A DNA stretch of 64,000 nt from Candidatus Nanohaloarchaea archaeon (GTDB taxonomy: Archaea; Nanohalarchaeota; Nanosalinia; Nanosalinales; Nanosalinaceae), in NCBI GenBank assembly GCA_013343275.1, contig CP046106.1, positions 800,001-864,000 on the forward strand. Direction: 5' to 3'. The position numbers were made by a program, and so were the translations under genes. This document shows positions 27,197-37,166 of this stretch, in pieces. The first letter of the stretch is position 1, and every line of letters starts with the position of its first letter. The notes beneath the pieces were generated by a model. The model had not been told where the DNA came from. It saw nothing but the letters and a program-made list of their open reading frames with translations, and searched no databases.

Positions 27197-30100
27197 CTAG
27201 AAGGAAAGGAAGGCCCGAATTTTGCTAATCAGGCCTTTATTGGCTTCCTGGGTCGTGCCTCCGGACCAGACAGTTATATTTTCTCTGTAGATCTCAGATC
27301 CATCTGATTCGATCACTATATCTCCACTGTAACTACCTTCTTCCTTCGGCATGATGTAGAAGTAGACTGTATCTCTTTCTCCCTTGCTCAGCACTACTTC
27401 CTTCTCAGAGGTCGAAACCCAGCCATCCGGAAGGCCTTCCAGCCTGATATGATATCTCCGGAGTTCATCGTGAGTGTTGTATATTTCTGCTTTCACAAGT
27501 CCGGACTCCGATTCAACTGCTGCAATGCTCTCTGGGAAGCTGGTGGTCTCGGGGCCTGTCTCCAAGACCTTGATTCTGGCGGTGGCTGCAGTTCCCTCTC
27601 CATAGGTCACTGCCCTGATCATGTACTCATGCTCTCCTGGATTGGAAGCTGTAGGAGTGAAGCATACTTTTCCGCCGGCCTGACGGGTCTGCATAACTAC
27701 GCCGTCTCTCAGCAGTACTACTTTCGGATTGATCTGGGAGTTTATCTGTGCGCAGAGTTCGAACTCCTCGCCCTCAAACACCTCTCTCGGAGGATCAATC
27801 ATGGTTGCTGAAACAGTCGGAAGCGCCTCAAGATCTCTGTTTGCACTGATAGAATCCGTCTCCACAGCTACAGAGTGCATCCCAACCTGACTTACCCTGA
27901 TATATGTCTGGAAGTATCCATCAGGCTGGGTGCTTACCTCTCCAACCTTCTCACCGTCAACCTTGACTGTAACCTCTGAACGGCCCTGCGCTCCATCAAC
28001 ATAACCTTTAACCTGTACAGGCCTTCCTGAGAGAACTCTGTCAGGATTGATGCTTAGAGAGATATCGCTGGCCTGACCGTAGTTAATGATGCCACAGCTC
28101 TTAACGTAGACAGTTCCTGTAGCAGATCCTACATCTGAATTAGAGGCCTCTACAGTGAAGCTCTCTGAACCACTGCCCTGTACAGATGTAAACATCAGGG
28201 AAACTCTCCTAGACTCTCCGGTATTCAGTATAATGGATCTTCCTGAAAAGTCTGATCCCAGGCCTTCGCCTCTGAGGTCCACTACCTGTCTTGAACTGCC
28301 GGTATTTTCTACTCTGAATGATACAGACATTGTTGCGCCGCTGCAGACTGTGTCGGGGTAGTTAAGGCCACTGACTTCTATATCGTGCTGTCTGTAGAGT
28401 TTGAAGCCTTTTGTGATTTCCTCGCCTTTATCTACCTCGATATGCCTGACTTTTGTACTGTAATCCGGCTTCCAGGCCGTAACCTTGTAGTCTCCGGGCT
28501 CCAGATCGAAACTGGCTTCACCATCCTCATCAGTCCATTTAGTTGTGCTGTCGCCGTTCTCTACCTTTACTCTGGCATCTTCAAGTCTGTCGCCATCTCC
28601 ATCAACTACACGGGCTGTAAACTCTCCCTCGCCTTCGATATCGTCTTCAGTCTCTGAGAGAGTTATATCTATCGTTCTGTCTTCTCCGCTGACGCTGAAG
28701 CTTCGCTCCACGGTCTCGTAACCGCTCTTCGAAACTTCAAGTTCGTAATCTCCATTTTCGAGGCTGAAGTAGGACCTGCCGTTGCTGTTGGTCTCGTCTT
28801 CCAGATCAACGCCATTACTGACGGTTACTTCTGCGTTCTCTATACTGTCGCCGTCTTCGTCCTCAACATCTACAGCCAGTTCGTATTCATCCTGATCGCT
28901 GTAGGTGTCGCCGACAATAATCTCGTTACTGCTCTCCCACTTCTCATAGCCACAAGGCCTGCCTACGGCCTCTGTAACTGCATGTATCTTGACATCGTTG
29001 TCAGGATTCACTGACTTGGTAATAGTCCTCTGTCCATCAACAGTAATCCTTTTGTCGTAGTATGTGCCTTCCTCACTGTTGATCTTCACACGGAAATCCT
29101 GCTCAACACCGTTAGAGTCTATAGTAAGGTGGACCTGTGTGCTGGCCTCCTCTGAAAGAGTGTGATCGTCTATCTGTATGCTGTCTACTCTCAGGTTGCA
29201 TGAAGGCCCTGGCTCAGGCTCTTCGCTATCGCCGCTTCTTACAGTGAACTCTCCGTAGTCAAGAGCACGTAGCTCTCCATCCGATGCTTCAACTCCCCAG
29301 ACGTAGGTCTGACCTCTGTCCAGAGCACTGTCGACGTTGAAGTGTGTGGAGCTTCCTACTGTTTCCTCCAGTGTGTCTCCGCCCCAGGGTTTGTCGCCGC
29401 TGTAATCTTTCTCCTCTATGAATACTGTGTGATCGAGAGAGTCTCCATCTGGATCGCTGGAACTCCAGTCAATGTAAGGGTATCTTCCAACTCTCTCATT
29501 CAGAGGGCTCTGAAGGCTGACAGAAGGCCTCTCGTTCTCTGTCTCTGAACGCGTTTTAAAGTATCTGTATGCTCTGTCGCTGCCGCCTTCTTCATCAGTA
29601 ACTTCCACGCCCCATACATACCATGTGGAAGTATCAAGACTTTCAGACGGCCTGTAATCTGTGTTGTCATTCCGATCTACGCTGTCGGCACTCCAGGGCC
29701 TGTCTCCATCGTAGCTTTTCTTCTCAAGGAAGAATCTGTACTGCAAATTGCTGCTGTCGCTATCCGTCGCACTCCATTCAAATCTAGGCCGTAGCTGGGT
29801 ATTTCTTTCGTTGCTGTCAGGTTCTTCCAGTGAGATGCTTGGATCGTCGTTGGTTTCTTCAGGCTGGCTTTCTGTAGTAAATGATCTATAGGCCATGTCT
29901 CTGAAGTTGTCTCCGCTGATATCGATACCCCAGACGTACTCTGTATTATAATTCAATCTATTTGATGAGCTAAGCTGGAATTCTCTATCGTCATCGTTAA
30001 GTATGCTGTAGCTATTGCCACCCCATGGCTTGTCGCTACTGCTGTCCTTCTCTTCAACGAAAAGTTTAGCTGAGTCAATGAGGTCGGTATCGCCGCTGTA

Positions 30101-30523
30101 ACTCCATTCAAAAACAGATCTTCTCGAGATTCCGGTAGCTCCGCTGTCAGGCCTCTCAAGACTTACCTGAGGTTCTTCGCCGTTGTTATCTCCATCATCT
30201 GCTCCGCCTTCTGTAAGCGTCACCCAGATATTGTCGGAAGAGCTGAGTGTAACTGTCTTGCTGCCTGAAAGCTGGCTGTCTCTATCATATACTGTTATCC
30301 TGTAGCTCTGGCCGGATTCGTAGTTGAAGAAATGTGCGTAGTTGGAGTTAGTTCCGGAGTTCTTGGTCTCCTGGTAGTCGTTATTGACGCCTTCAACTGT
30401 GATTCTGACGTCGTAGACAGGCCATCCATTCGAGTTTTCTGCATAGATAGCTGCCTGATTTGCTGCCGAAACTGCCGGCATTAGTGCTATTATCAGTACC
30501 AGGATTGAGACAAACTTCTTCAT
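27197..30523 (-). CDS. Large secreted multi-domain surface protein (Fn3-like, carboxypeptidase-regulatory-like and Ig-like repeats)
   Basis: Signal peptide MKKFVSIL; three P.F.WS..D...PW...YVWGVE repeats; two V.D.DGD..E.A.V...T...G...F.L..GDY repeats. Confidence 0.8.
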   Translation of the reverse strand: MKKFVSILVLIIALMPAVSAANQAAIYAENSNGWPVYDVRITVEGVNNDYQETKNSGTNSNYAHFFNYESGQSYRITVYDRDSQLSGSKTVTLSSSDNIWVTLTEGGADDGDNNGEEPQVSLERPDSGATGISRRSVFEWSYSGDTDLIDSAKLFVEEKDSSSDKPWGGNSYSILNDDDREFQLSSSNRLNYNTEYVWGIDISGDNFRDMAYRSFTTESQPEETNDDPSISLEEPDSNERNTQLRPRFEWSATDSDSSNLQYRFFLEKKSYDGDRPWSADSVDRNDNTDYRPSESLDTSTWYVWGVEVTDEEGGSDRAYRYFKTRSETENERPSVSLQSPLNERVGRYPYIDWSSSDPDGDSLDHTVFIEEKDYSGDKPWGGDTLEETVGSSTHFNVDSALDRGQTYVWGVEASDGELRALDYGEFTVRSGDSEEPEPGPSCNLRVDSIQIDDHTLSEEASTQVHLTIDSNGVEQDFRVKINSEEGTYYDKRITVDGQRTITKSVNPDNDVKIHAVTEAVGRPCGYEKWESSNEIIVGDTYSDQDEYELAVDVEDEDGDSIENAEVTVSNGVDLEDETNSNGRSYFSLENGDYELEVSKSGYETVERSFSVSGEDRTIDITLSETEDDIEGEGEFTARVVDGDGDRLEDARVKVENGDSTTKWTDEDGEASFDLEPGDYKVTAWKPDYSTKVRHIEVDKGEEITKGFKLYRQHDIEVSGLNYPDTVCSGATMSVSFRVENTGSSRQVVDLRGEGLGSDFSGRSIILNTGESRRVSLMFTSVQGSGSESFTVEASNSDVGSATGTVYVKSCGIINYGQASDISLSINPDRVLSGRPVQVKGYVDGAQGRSEVTVKVDGEKVGEVSTQPDGYFQTYIRVSQVGMHSVAVETDSISANRDLEALPTVSATMIDPPREVFEGEEFELCAQINSQINPKVVLLRDGVVMQTRQAGGKVCFTPTASNPGEHEYMIRAVTYGEGTAATARIKVLETGPETTSFPESIAAVESESGLVKAEIYNTHDELRRYHIRLEGLPDGWVSTSEKEVVLSKGERDTVYFYIMPKEEGSYSGDIVIESDGSEIYRENITVWSGGTTQEANKGLISKIRAFLSF

Positions 30524-30614
30524 GTTATCATCTTGAAGTAACAACTTTATATTTGTTTTGGGTTGGTGTATTTTGTCTAGTTTTTGAGGATAAATGAGAA
30601 GGAAAAAGAGGGTG

Positions 30615-31967
30615 TTATACGGAAGCTTCTCCGCCGTCCCAGCTACCGTCTCTGATATCGTCGTAGACAAGCTGGTCATTGCTTATGTCTGAAACCTTGT
30701 AGTCACTGTGATCGTCAGGGTTGACGAACAGGCCTTCTGTGCGGCCATCGTGCTGGACTACTGTGTAGACCATCTCTCCTGCTTCGTCTGCGCTCATGCC
30801 GTCGAGATCGTTGGCGACGCTCTGCAGGTAGTTGCCGCTTCCGATAGTTTCATCGTCGATATCAGACCAGTTATCTACCTGGCCTAGTTTGATTCCTTCA
30901 GCAACCTGGTTGCCCTGGACTGTCATATCCAGGTCTACAAACATCTCGTCGTATCCACTGGACTCCCAGATAGCCTCGGCCCTGTCATGTGCCTGATTGA
31001 CCATGCTGTCTATGACTCTATATCTTGCTATGTCTTCGGCCATGCTCTCCGAAAGATCGGAATAACCATGTATGTCTTCTGATTTGCCAAGAACTTCTCT
31101 GGTGTCTGCAAGCAGATCTTCTGCTCTACCTTTGCTCTCAATACTGTCGAACAATCCTTTTTCTTCCTTGGCTTCTCCTAATGCTGTGGCAAGCTCGTTC
31201 TCGTAGTTATCAACAGAGGTTGTGCCTTTAACAACTTGATCGTAAGTGTCTTCAAGTCTATCAAGTACTCCTGTGCCATTTTCATTTGATATTCTCTTCT
31301 TTAAGTCTTCTAGTGCCGAAGGCCTTGCAATAGGTTGCTCATCATCGAGACCTGTTGCGGCAAAAACAGAGTACTCACTTGCGCTCCTTGCTGCATTCTT
31401 AGCTGCTTTCTTTTGAGAATCTGTTGCAAACTCCATTCCTTCAAGGACATTATCGACATTAATCTCCCAGGAATTGAATTCTGTGAACATCTGTTCTGAG
31501 AGATCGTCACTCGATTCTGTGCTTACTAGCGCTGGAATCTTCGCATCATCTGATTGAGAAAGAATGTATTCGGGGTTCTCAAGAACATCTTCGCCAAGGC
31601 CTACGCCTTGGTTCTGGCCTATGGAAGTTTCTCCATCTATTCCTACTCTGATGTCTTCTCCATCTTCAAGAAGGTTGTCTAGTTCTGAATCGTTAATTGT
31701 TTCTTTATAGTCTTTTTCCAGGCTGCTGAATTCTTGATTCCAGTGGTTTATAACCTCTCTATGTGTTTCAAAATCCTGGTTTGTTTCATAACCATCGATC
31801 TCAATTTCTCTAGGCCACAGTAGTGCGCCCAGGCCTCCGGCTGCAGCTGCTCCTCCTACCGCAGCTCCACCTCCTAGCATTTGTCTCCTAGTAAGATTTA
31901 GGCCACTGTTATTGTTGTTTCCGCTGTTGTTGTTACCTGTGTTATTTCCGGCTCCCCCTGATGACAT
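30615..31967 (-). CDS. Acidic protein with twin-arginine-like signal/anchor
   Basis: LTRRQMLGGGAAVGG.. after an Asn/Gly-rich N-terminus. Confidence 0.72.
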   Translation of the reverse strand: MSSGGAGNNTGNNNSGNNNNSGLNLTRRQMLGGGAAVGGAAAAGGLGALLWPREIEIDGYETNQDFETHREVINHWNQEFSSLEKDYKETINDSELDNLLEDGEDIRVGIDGETSIGQNQGVGLGEDVLENPEYILSQSDDAKIPALVSTESSDDLSEQMFTEFNSWEINVDNVLEGMEFATDSQKKAAKNAARSASEYSVFAATGLDDEQPIARPSALEDLKKRISNENGTGVLDRLEDTYDQVVKGTTSVDNYENELATALGEAKEEKGLFDSIESKGRAEDLLADTREVLGKSEDIHGYSDLSESMAEDIARYRVIDSMVNQAHDRAEAIWESSGYDEMFVDLDMTVQGNQVAEGIKLGQVDNWSDIDDETIGSGNYLQSVANDLDGMSADEAGEMVYTVVQHDGRTEGLFVNPDDHSDYKVSDISNDQLVYDDIRDGSWDGGEASV

Positions 31968-32019
31968 TGTATTATTACCTCGCAATAGTAAAATTAGAGA
32001 GAAAGCTTTATATTTTCAC

Positions 32020-32625
32020 CTACTCTGAGGGGTCGTACATGTCAGGGTTCTCGTTGTAGAACTCTACAATCTCTCCCCAGTTGCTTTCGGCCCAGCTATC
32101 GCCTGTCGGAGCGTCTCCGTAACTAGCCTCGGAAGTTGTTAGATCTCCTTTTGCCTGACTGTTCACGTAATCTTCATCGGAAAGGTAGTCCCAGGTATCT
32201 GTCCTCTGTTCTGGAGTCAGTTCCTTTTCTATCTGCTCCTCAAATGTTAGAGAGTCGGAGCCGGACTGCCCTGATCCGTTGTTTCTGCCATTATCTCCTC
32301 CATTGCTGGCGCCATTGTTTCCCTGGTCTTGCTGGTAGTCGCCTCCTCCATCATTGCCTGAAGGCTGACTATTTTGGTCAGAAGGACGATCACTCCCGAT
32401 GTATACATTTGGAGTGTTCTCGTTCCAGAAATCCTCGACGTAACTGTCTACTAGAGCTCCCCCGGTCGCTGTAGCTCCTGCTGCAGCACCTAACTTCAAA
32501 GCATCTCTCCGCCCTTCGAATGTGACGTTTTCGTCATTGTCAAAAATAGCCATGCTACCTAGGTTGGTAGCGGTGTCTACAAAATCGTTGTAAAGTTCTT
32601 TCGCTCCGCCAACTATATCTACCAT
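32020..32625 (-). CDS. Acidic low-complexity protein with twin-arginine-like motif
   Basis: GRRDALKLGAAAGA at about aa 38. Confidence 0.68.
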   Translation of the reverse strand: MVDIVGGAKELYNDFVDTATNLGSMAIFDNDENVTFEGRRDALKLGAAAGATATGGALVDSYVEDFWNENTPNVYIGSDRPSDQNSQPSGNDGGGDYQQDQGNNGASNGGDNGRNNGSGQSGSDSLTFEEQIEKELTPEQRTDTWDYLSDEDYVNSQAKGDLTTSEASYGDAPTGDSWAESNWGEIVEFYNENPDMYDPSE

Positions 32626-32665
32626 ATTTTTAGTTCACCTATGCTCAAAAATCCTCAACCAAAAC

Positions 32666-33694
32666 TTAAGTATCTTTTGTTACCTGGAAGTCAATACATA
32701 CTCTGGTGGAGCTTGGACCTCTCTCGCCACACTCCACTACATCAATGATCTCGTAGTCAAGGCTCCTTCTAGATGTCTCCGCTTCGATCTCTTCTTCCAG
32801 TTCTTCCTGATTTCCTTCCTCACGGAAACGGTAATAGTGTATAACGCCGTTATTGGAGGTGTGGTCAACTGCGAGGCCCAGGAACTGGTCAGCTGACTCT
32901 GGCAGAGGCATGATTATCCGGTCGAACTCTCCAAGCTCGGGTACTACTTCTTTCACATCTCCCTCGATACCTTCCACTTTGTCGGCTTTATTTAACTCTA
33001 TATTCTTCTTCAGATACTCTGCACCTGCTGGGTTTTTCTCCACTGCTATGACTTTCTCTGCTTTCTCCGAGCAGAGTATGGCGAAAGGGCCTACTCCGGC
33101 GAACATGACAAGAACTTTCTCTCCTTCCTCTACCTGGTCGGCTACTCTCTTTCTCTCTGTTCCGAATCTTTCCGAGAAGTAGACTTCTGTAGGATCGACC
33201 TTGAATCTATAACCAAACTCCTTATGGATGGTCTCTGTCTCGGTGCCGTAGAGCTTCTCGTAATCGCCTACACGGAACTCTCCGGAAAGGCCTTCTTTTT
33301 TCAGTAGTATTGCCTTCACGTTCTGGTGTTGCAGAATCCCTTCTACTGCTTCCTCTCTGTCGACACTGGCCAGATCGTTGATAACTGCTATATCACCGAT
33401 CACTTCATAGGAAGGGGTTTCGTAATCTGGCTCGTCTCCGCTTTCCTCGTGCAGAATGGATACATCGTTATCAACAGAACTTTCAATCTCTTCAAGGCCT
33501 TCGTCTACAAAAACTTTTTCTCCGCTCTCTACAGAGGCCTTGACTTCTTCTGTTGAGTATTTGTCGGAGGAGAAGGCCTTCAGTACTATTTTCTGTCCGT
33601 TGGATGCTGTCAGCCTGTTGCCTTCCTTCTTGACTTTGAAGCCCTGTCTCTCGAAAAGTTCTCTGACCTTGGCTTCGAGTTTTTCCTGGTTCAT
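32666..33694 (-). CDS. Trm5/TYW2 (Met-10+) family tRNA methyltransferase
   Basis: YEVIGDIA, E.G..F.VD...VYFS.R...ER.R, MFAGVGPFAI, IMPLP. Confidence 0.9.
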   Translation of the reverse strand: MNQEKLEAKVRELFERQGFKVKKEGNRLTASNGQKIVLKAFSSDKYSTEEVKASVESGEKVFVDEGLEEIESSVDNDVSILHEESGDEPDYETPSYEVIGDIAVINDLASVDREEAVEGILQHQNVKAILLKKEGLSGEFRVGDYEKLYGTETETIHKEFGYRFKVDPTEVYFSERFGTERKRVADQVEEGEKVLVMFAGVGPFAILCSEKAEKVIAVEKNPAGAEYLKKNIELNKADKVEGIEGDVKEVVPELGEFDRIIMPLPESADQFLGLAVDHTSNNGVIHYYRFREEGNQEELEEEIEAETSRRSLDYEIIDVVECGERGPSSTRVCIDFQVTKDT

Positions 33695-33733
33695 CCTGCT
33701 GATAAAAAACTTTCAGTCCACTATTTTAACCAT

Positions 33734-34444
33734 ATGCTCTACCTGATCGGACTAGGACTTGACGACGGAGAAATAACGCAGAAAGGGATCGAGGCCCTGA
33801 AGAATGTAGATAAGGCCTACGCAGAGTTCTACACAAATACGGAGACTGTGGATCTGGAAGCACTGGAGGAACAGACAGGTACCGATATCGAGAAGCTTTC
33901 ACGTGAACAGGTAGAGCAGGAAGACATGATAACTGAATCAGCCCATGAAGAAGACACAGCCTTTCTGGTCTCAGGAAACGCTCTTACAGCAACGACACAT
34001 TACGAGATAAAGCATAGAGCGGAGAAAGAAGGCCTTGACGTAGAAGTTATACATGCGCCTTCAATCTTCACATCTATCTCGGAGACAGGACTTAACGTCT
34101 ACAATTTCGGCCGTACAGTAACGCTACCGCAGGATTTTGCACCGGAATCGATAGTTGAGCATATCGAAAAAAATGATTCAATCGGCCTACACACGCTTGT
34201 ACTTCTGGATATAAACTACGATGCTGCGGACGCCGCAGAAAAACTGATCGATCTTGATGAGGATCTAGAGGATAGAGAGGCCATGGTTCTCGAACGAGCC
34301 AATAACGAAGACCAGAATATTTCTCTTGCATCCCTCGGAGAACTATCCGAACATGATTTCGGAAGGCCTCCTCACTGTATAATTCTGGTAGGGGAGACCT
34401 CGCATATGGAAGAAGAATTTATAGAGGAATACAGTTTAGAATGA
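33734..34444 (+). CDS. dph5: Diphthine synthase
   Basis: MLYLIGLGL, EFYT, ATTH, GL..Y.FGRTVTLP, GLHTLVLLDI, FG.PPH. Confidence 0.94.
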   Translation: MLYLIGLGLDDGEITQKGIEALKNVDKAYAEFYTNTETVDLEALEEQTGTDIEKLSREQVEQEDMITESAHEEDTAFLVSGNALTATTHYEIKHRAEKEGLDVEVIHAPSIFTSISETGLNVYNFGRTVTLPQDFAPESIVEHIEKNDSIGLHTLVLLDINYDAADAAEKLIDLDEDLEDREAMVLERANNEDQNISLASLGELSEHDFGRPPHCIILVGETSHMEEEFIEEYSLE

Positions 34445-35269
34445 GGCCTCGAAGTACTGTGTTTCCCCGCCAGCAGACTGCTCCATAGTTATACTGCCTG
34501 ACGGTTCAAAACCTGATCCTGAGAAACTGAAGCTCTGAGTAACTGTTTCAGTACCCTGTTCGGCCTCGTAATCGAAGCTTGCGTCAGGATTCCAGCTATC
34601 GCTCATATCTACGCTTCCATCAGGCCCTGAATTATCTGGTTCATCGTATCCTGAATCTTCAGGCTCTGTGTAGTCCTCCTCTTCGGTTTCATCTGTATTT
34701 TCTTCTGTTCCATCTTCATTGAGTAGGTTTTCGTCTTCTGAGGTTCCGAAGAACTCGCTCTGCCAGCCCTGAGATTGATCCTGTTGCTGGCTCTGTCCAT
34801 AGTTATTATTGGTATTCTGGCCCTGGTTCTGATAGGAGGTATTCCAGAAACTGTTGTTCCAGCCTGTACCCCATCCAAAACCTTGTTGCTGCCCCGTAGG
34901 GCCTTGCTGCTGGTACATCCCCCAGCCTGACTGAGTCTGCCACGCTCCAGTATTCCAGGCTGGCTGGCCCCAGGAATTATTCTGTTCGTAGTTATTTTCG
35001 AGTATGTCTTCCAGGCGGCCGTTCTGTCTTTCCTGTCTTGACTGCATATCTTCTGCGAAAGCACCTACTCTTCTGTAATCTGTCTCCATCTGTTCAAGAA
35101 CTTCGTATAGCAGCTCTCTAGGCGCCTCTATTTCACTTTCTAGGTCGTCTATCAGTCCTTCCTCTCTGTCTATAGAGTCTCCTAACTCTCCCAGACTGTC
35201 AAACATATCATTGTTCGCTCTGCTAGCGCGTCGTGCCTGGTCCGAAAGATCGGAAGGATCTACACTCAT
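34436..35269 (-). CDS. Hypothetical protein: helical N-terminus, Q/N/G/W-rich middle, acidic tail
   Basis: 277-aa ORF; paralogous to the C-terminal half of 35315-36064. Confidence 0.7.
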   Translation of the reverse strand: MSVDPSDLSDQARRASRANNDMFDSLGELGDSIDREEGLIDDLESEIEAPRELLYEVLEQMETDYRRVGAFAEDMQSRQERQNGRLEDILENNYEQNNSWGQPAWNTGAWQTQSGWGMYQQQGPTGQQQGFGWGTGWNNSFWNTSYQNQGQNTNNNYGQSQQQDQSQGWQSEFFGTSEDENLLNEDGTEENTDETEEEDYTEPEDSGYDEPDNSGPDGSVDMSDSWNPDASFDYEAEQGTETVTQSFSFSGSGFEPSGSITMEQSAGGETQYFEASF

Positions 35270-35314
35270 GTTGTTACCTTATAGTAAAAAGAAATAAATA
35301 TGTGGAGGGTTATG

Positions 35315-36064
35315 TTATAGGTCGAGGTCGTATTCGTCTTCGAAGTCCTGACCTCTGCGCTCCATTGTTCCTAGTTCTCTTCTGACCTGGTCGTAATCTC
35401 CTTCATCTCTGAATTCTCTTGCGTCTTCAACTAGGTCTGTGAGACTGTCGTAATGTTCGTCGACAGTTGGCTGAAGCACCTGGTCTACGAATGCTGAAAC
35501 ACGATCGTAGTTGTCTTCTTGGACTTCTAGGGATTCGCTGATTACTTCGTTCTCAAGGTAACGGATTACGTCCTTTGTATCCTCAACGGTTACCTCAACT
35601 TCGTCTTCTCCATCTCCTAGTCGGTCTTCAAGATAGTTCTGGAAATCCTCTAGGTTGTCGAACATGTCGAACTCACTACCTCTTGCATCTCTGGTCTGTC
35701 GTCCAAGATCGTCAGGGTCGTTTGGTTCTCTTGCCATAATATTGTCACCTCCGTTATCTGGGTTTGGTTCAGGTTTTGAATCTGAAAGATCAGAGTTCTG
35801 GCCTTCGCTCGAAGGCTCAGAGTATGTTTCTGGATCGAGAAGCTCTCTTGCTTCATCTGAATGAGGTACTACTCTGTACTTCTCTCCACCATCTTCTCTC
35901 GTTACTCTCTCTACATCTACGTCGTCTCTCTGCCGATACTCGTTGAAATCGAACTCGTCACCGAGATCGGAGAGATTCACTGTTTCTATATCTTCTTCCA
36001 GGAGCTTGTCGACAGTCAACTTTACGCCGTCAAGCGGACCTGGAAATGGGTCAAATGCAGCCAT
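35315..36064 (-). CDS. Hypothetical acidic protein (possible second start at 35737)
   Basis: 249-aa ORF; internal GGAGGTGA SD before MAREPND. Confidence 0.7.
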   Translation of the reverse strand: MAAFDPFPGPLDGVKLTVDKLLEEDIETVNLSDLGDEFDFNEYRQRDDVDVERVTREDGGEKYRVVPHSDEARELLDPETYSEPSSEGQNSDLSDSKPEPNPDNGGDNIMAREPNDPDDLGRQTRDARGSEFDMFDNLEDFQNYLEDRLGDGEDEVEVTVEDTKDVIRYLENEVISESLEVQEDNYDRVSAFVDQVLQPTVDEHYDSLTDLVEDAREFRDEGDYDQVRRELGTMERRGQDFEDEYDLDL

Positions 36065-36136
36065 GAAAATAACCTCTTGTTACCAGATAATAGTAAAAGG
36101 AGGTATTCTTTTATATCTAACATTCTCCAGAGAAGT

Positions 36137-36376
36137 ATGGCCGAAATGGACGAAACCCAGGAGAAGCTCAGACAGGAAACCGAGAAATGGCTGGAGAAGC
36201 TGGAAGACAGAGTCGAGGAAAGAGATTCTTCAGTCGAGCAGATGGAAAATGTGGAGGCCTACAGGGATGATACACGACACTTCCTGGAGGAAGATGACTA
36301 CATCAGGGCCTGGGAATCTGTTATCTATGCCTGGGGTATTCTGGAAACACTGGAACGTCTCGGAAAATTTGATTAA
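36137..36376 (+). CDS. DUF357-like protein
   Basis: AY.DD..HFLE..D...A.....YAWG.L pattern. Confidence 0.8.
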   Translation: MAEMDETQEKLRQETEKWLEKLEDRVEERDSSVEQMENVEAYRDDTRHFLEEDDYIRAWESVIYAWGILETLERLGKFD

Positions 36377-36408
36377 CTGATTTAAACAAGTAGACAGCAA
36401 CTTGCTGT

Positions 36409-36723
36409 ATGAACATCAAAGACCCGTGGAAATACATCGCCTTCCCGGCCTCAGCAATATCATCTTTCTTCGCAGTAGATATACTGCTCGACGACTTCAC
36501 AAAGATCACGGGTCTAAGCCAGCTCAACGGCCAGATGGCGCTTCTTGCAGCTACAGGCCTCCTGATAGGTTTCCTTGTTGACGAAATGGTGCCGGCATAC
36601 ATCGAGAAAGTGAGAGAAGGATCCAGTTCCTCCGGTGGTGGAGGCGGCGACTTTGGCGGCGGTGATGGCGGTGACACTGACTTCGGCGGAGACGGCGGCG
36701 GTGGTGACGATTTCGACTTCTAG
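36409..36723 (+). CDS. Small membrane protein with Gly/Asp tail
   Basis: Two hydrophobic segments; GGDFGGG..DFDF tail. Confidence 0.72.
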   Translation: MNIKDPWKYIAFPASAISSFFAVDILLDDFTKITGLSQLNGQMALLAATGLLIGFLVDEMVPAYIEKVREGSSSSGGGGGDFGGGDGGDTDFGGDGGGGDDFDF

Positions 36724-37123
36724 AAAAATTCTATCACTGGTTTTTCTACTCGCTTTCTGCACCGGTGCTGTAGCCGGACAGGCCTACAATCTTCAGGACT
36801 ACCAGGGCGCCGACTACTTTTCAGCCCCGGAATATGATTCTCAGAGAGAGCTTGTTCTCAAGCTTATCTTTCCGTTCGTTCTCCTCTACGCAATGATGCA
36901 GTTCACACTGTACAACCTGATGAAGTTCACCATAAACTCGAACGACGACATGAAGGACTCGGAGATAGGGAGGTACTCGACACTACTGGCCGCTGCCATC
37001 CCTGCAATGCTGATAGTCACACCTATGTGGGAGAAGATAAACCTGGCCGTAGAAGCAATGGGGCCTGTACTGCTGGTAGCATTCGCATGCCTATTCATCT
37101 ACGTCATCTACAGAATGACGTAA
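36704..37123 (+). CDS. Membrane protein (signal peptide + 3 TM), LPF-like motif
   Basis: LIFPFVLLY; start codon approximate (GTG). Confidence 0.65.
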   Translation: MTISTSRKILSLVFLLAFCTGAVAGQAYNLQDYQGADYFSAPEYDSQRELVLKLIFPFVLLYAMMQFTLYNLMKFTINSNDDMKDSEIGRYSTLLAAAIPAMLIVTPMWEKINLAVEAMGPVLLVAFACLFIYVIYRMT

Positions 37124-37166
37124 AACAGGCCTTAATGTATTAAAGAAGCTCAACTCAAATAACCCT

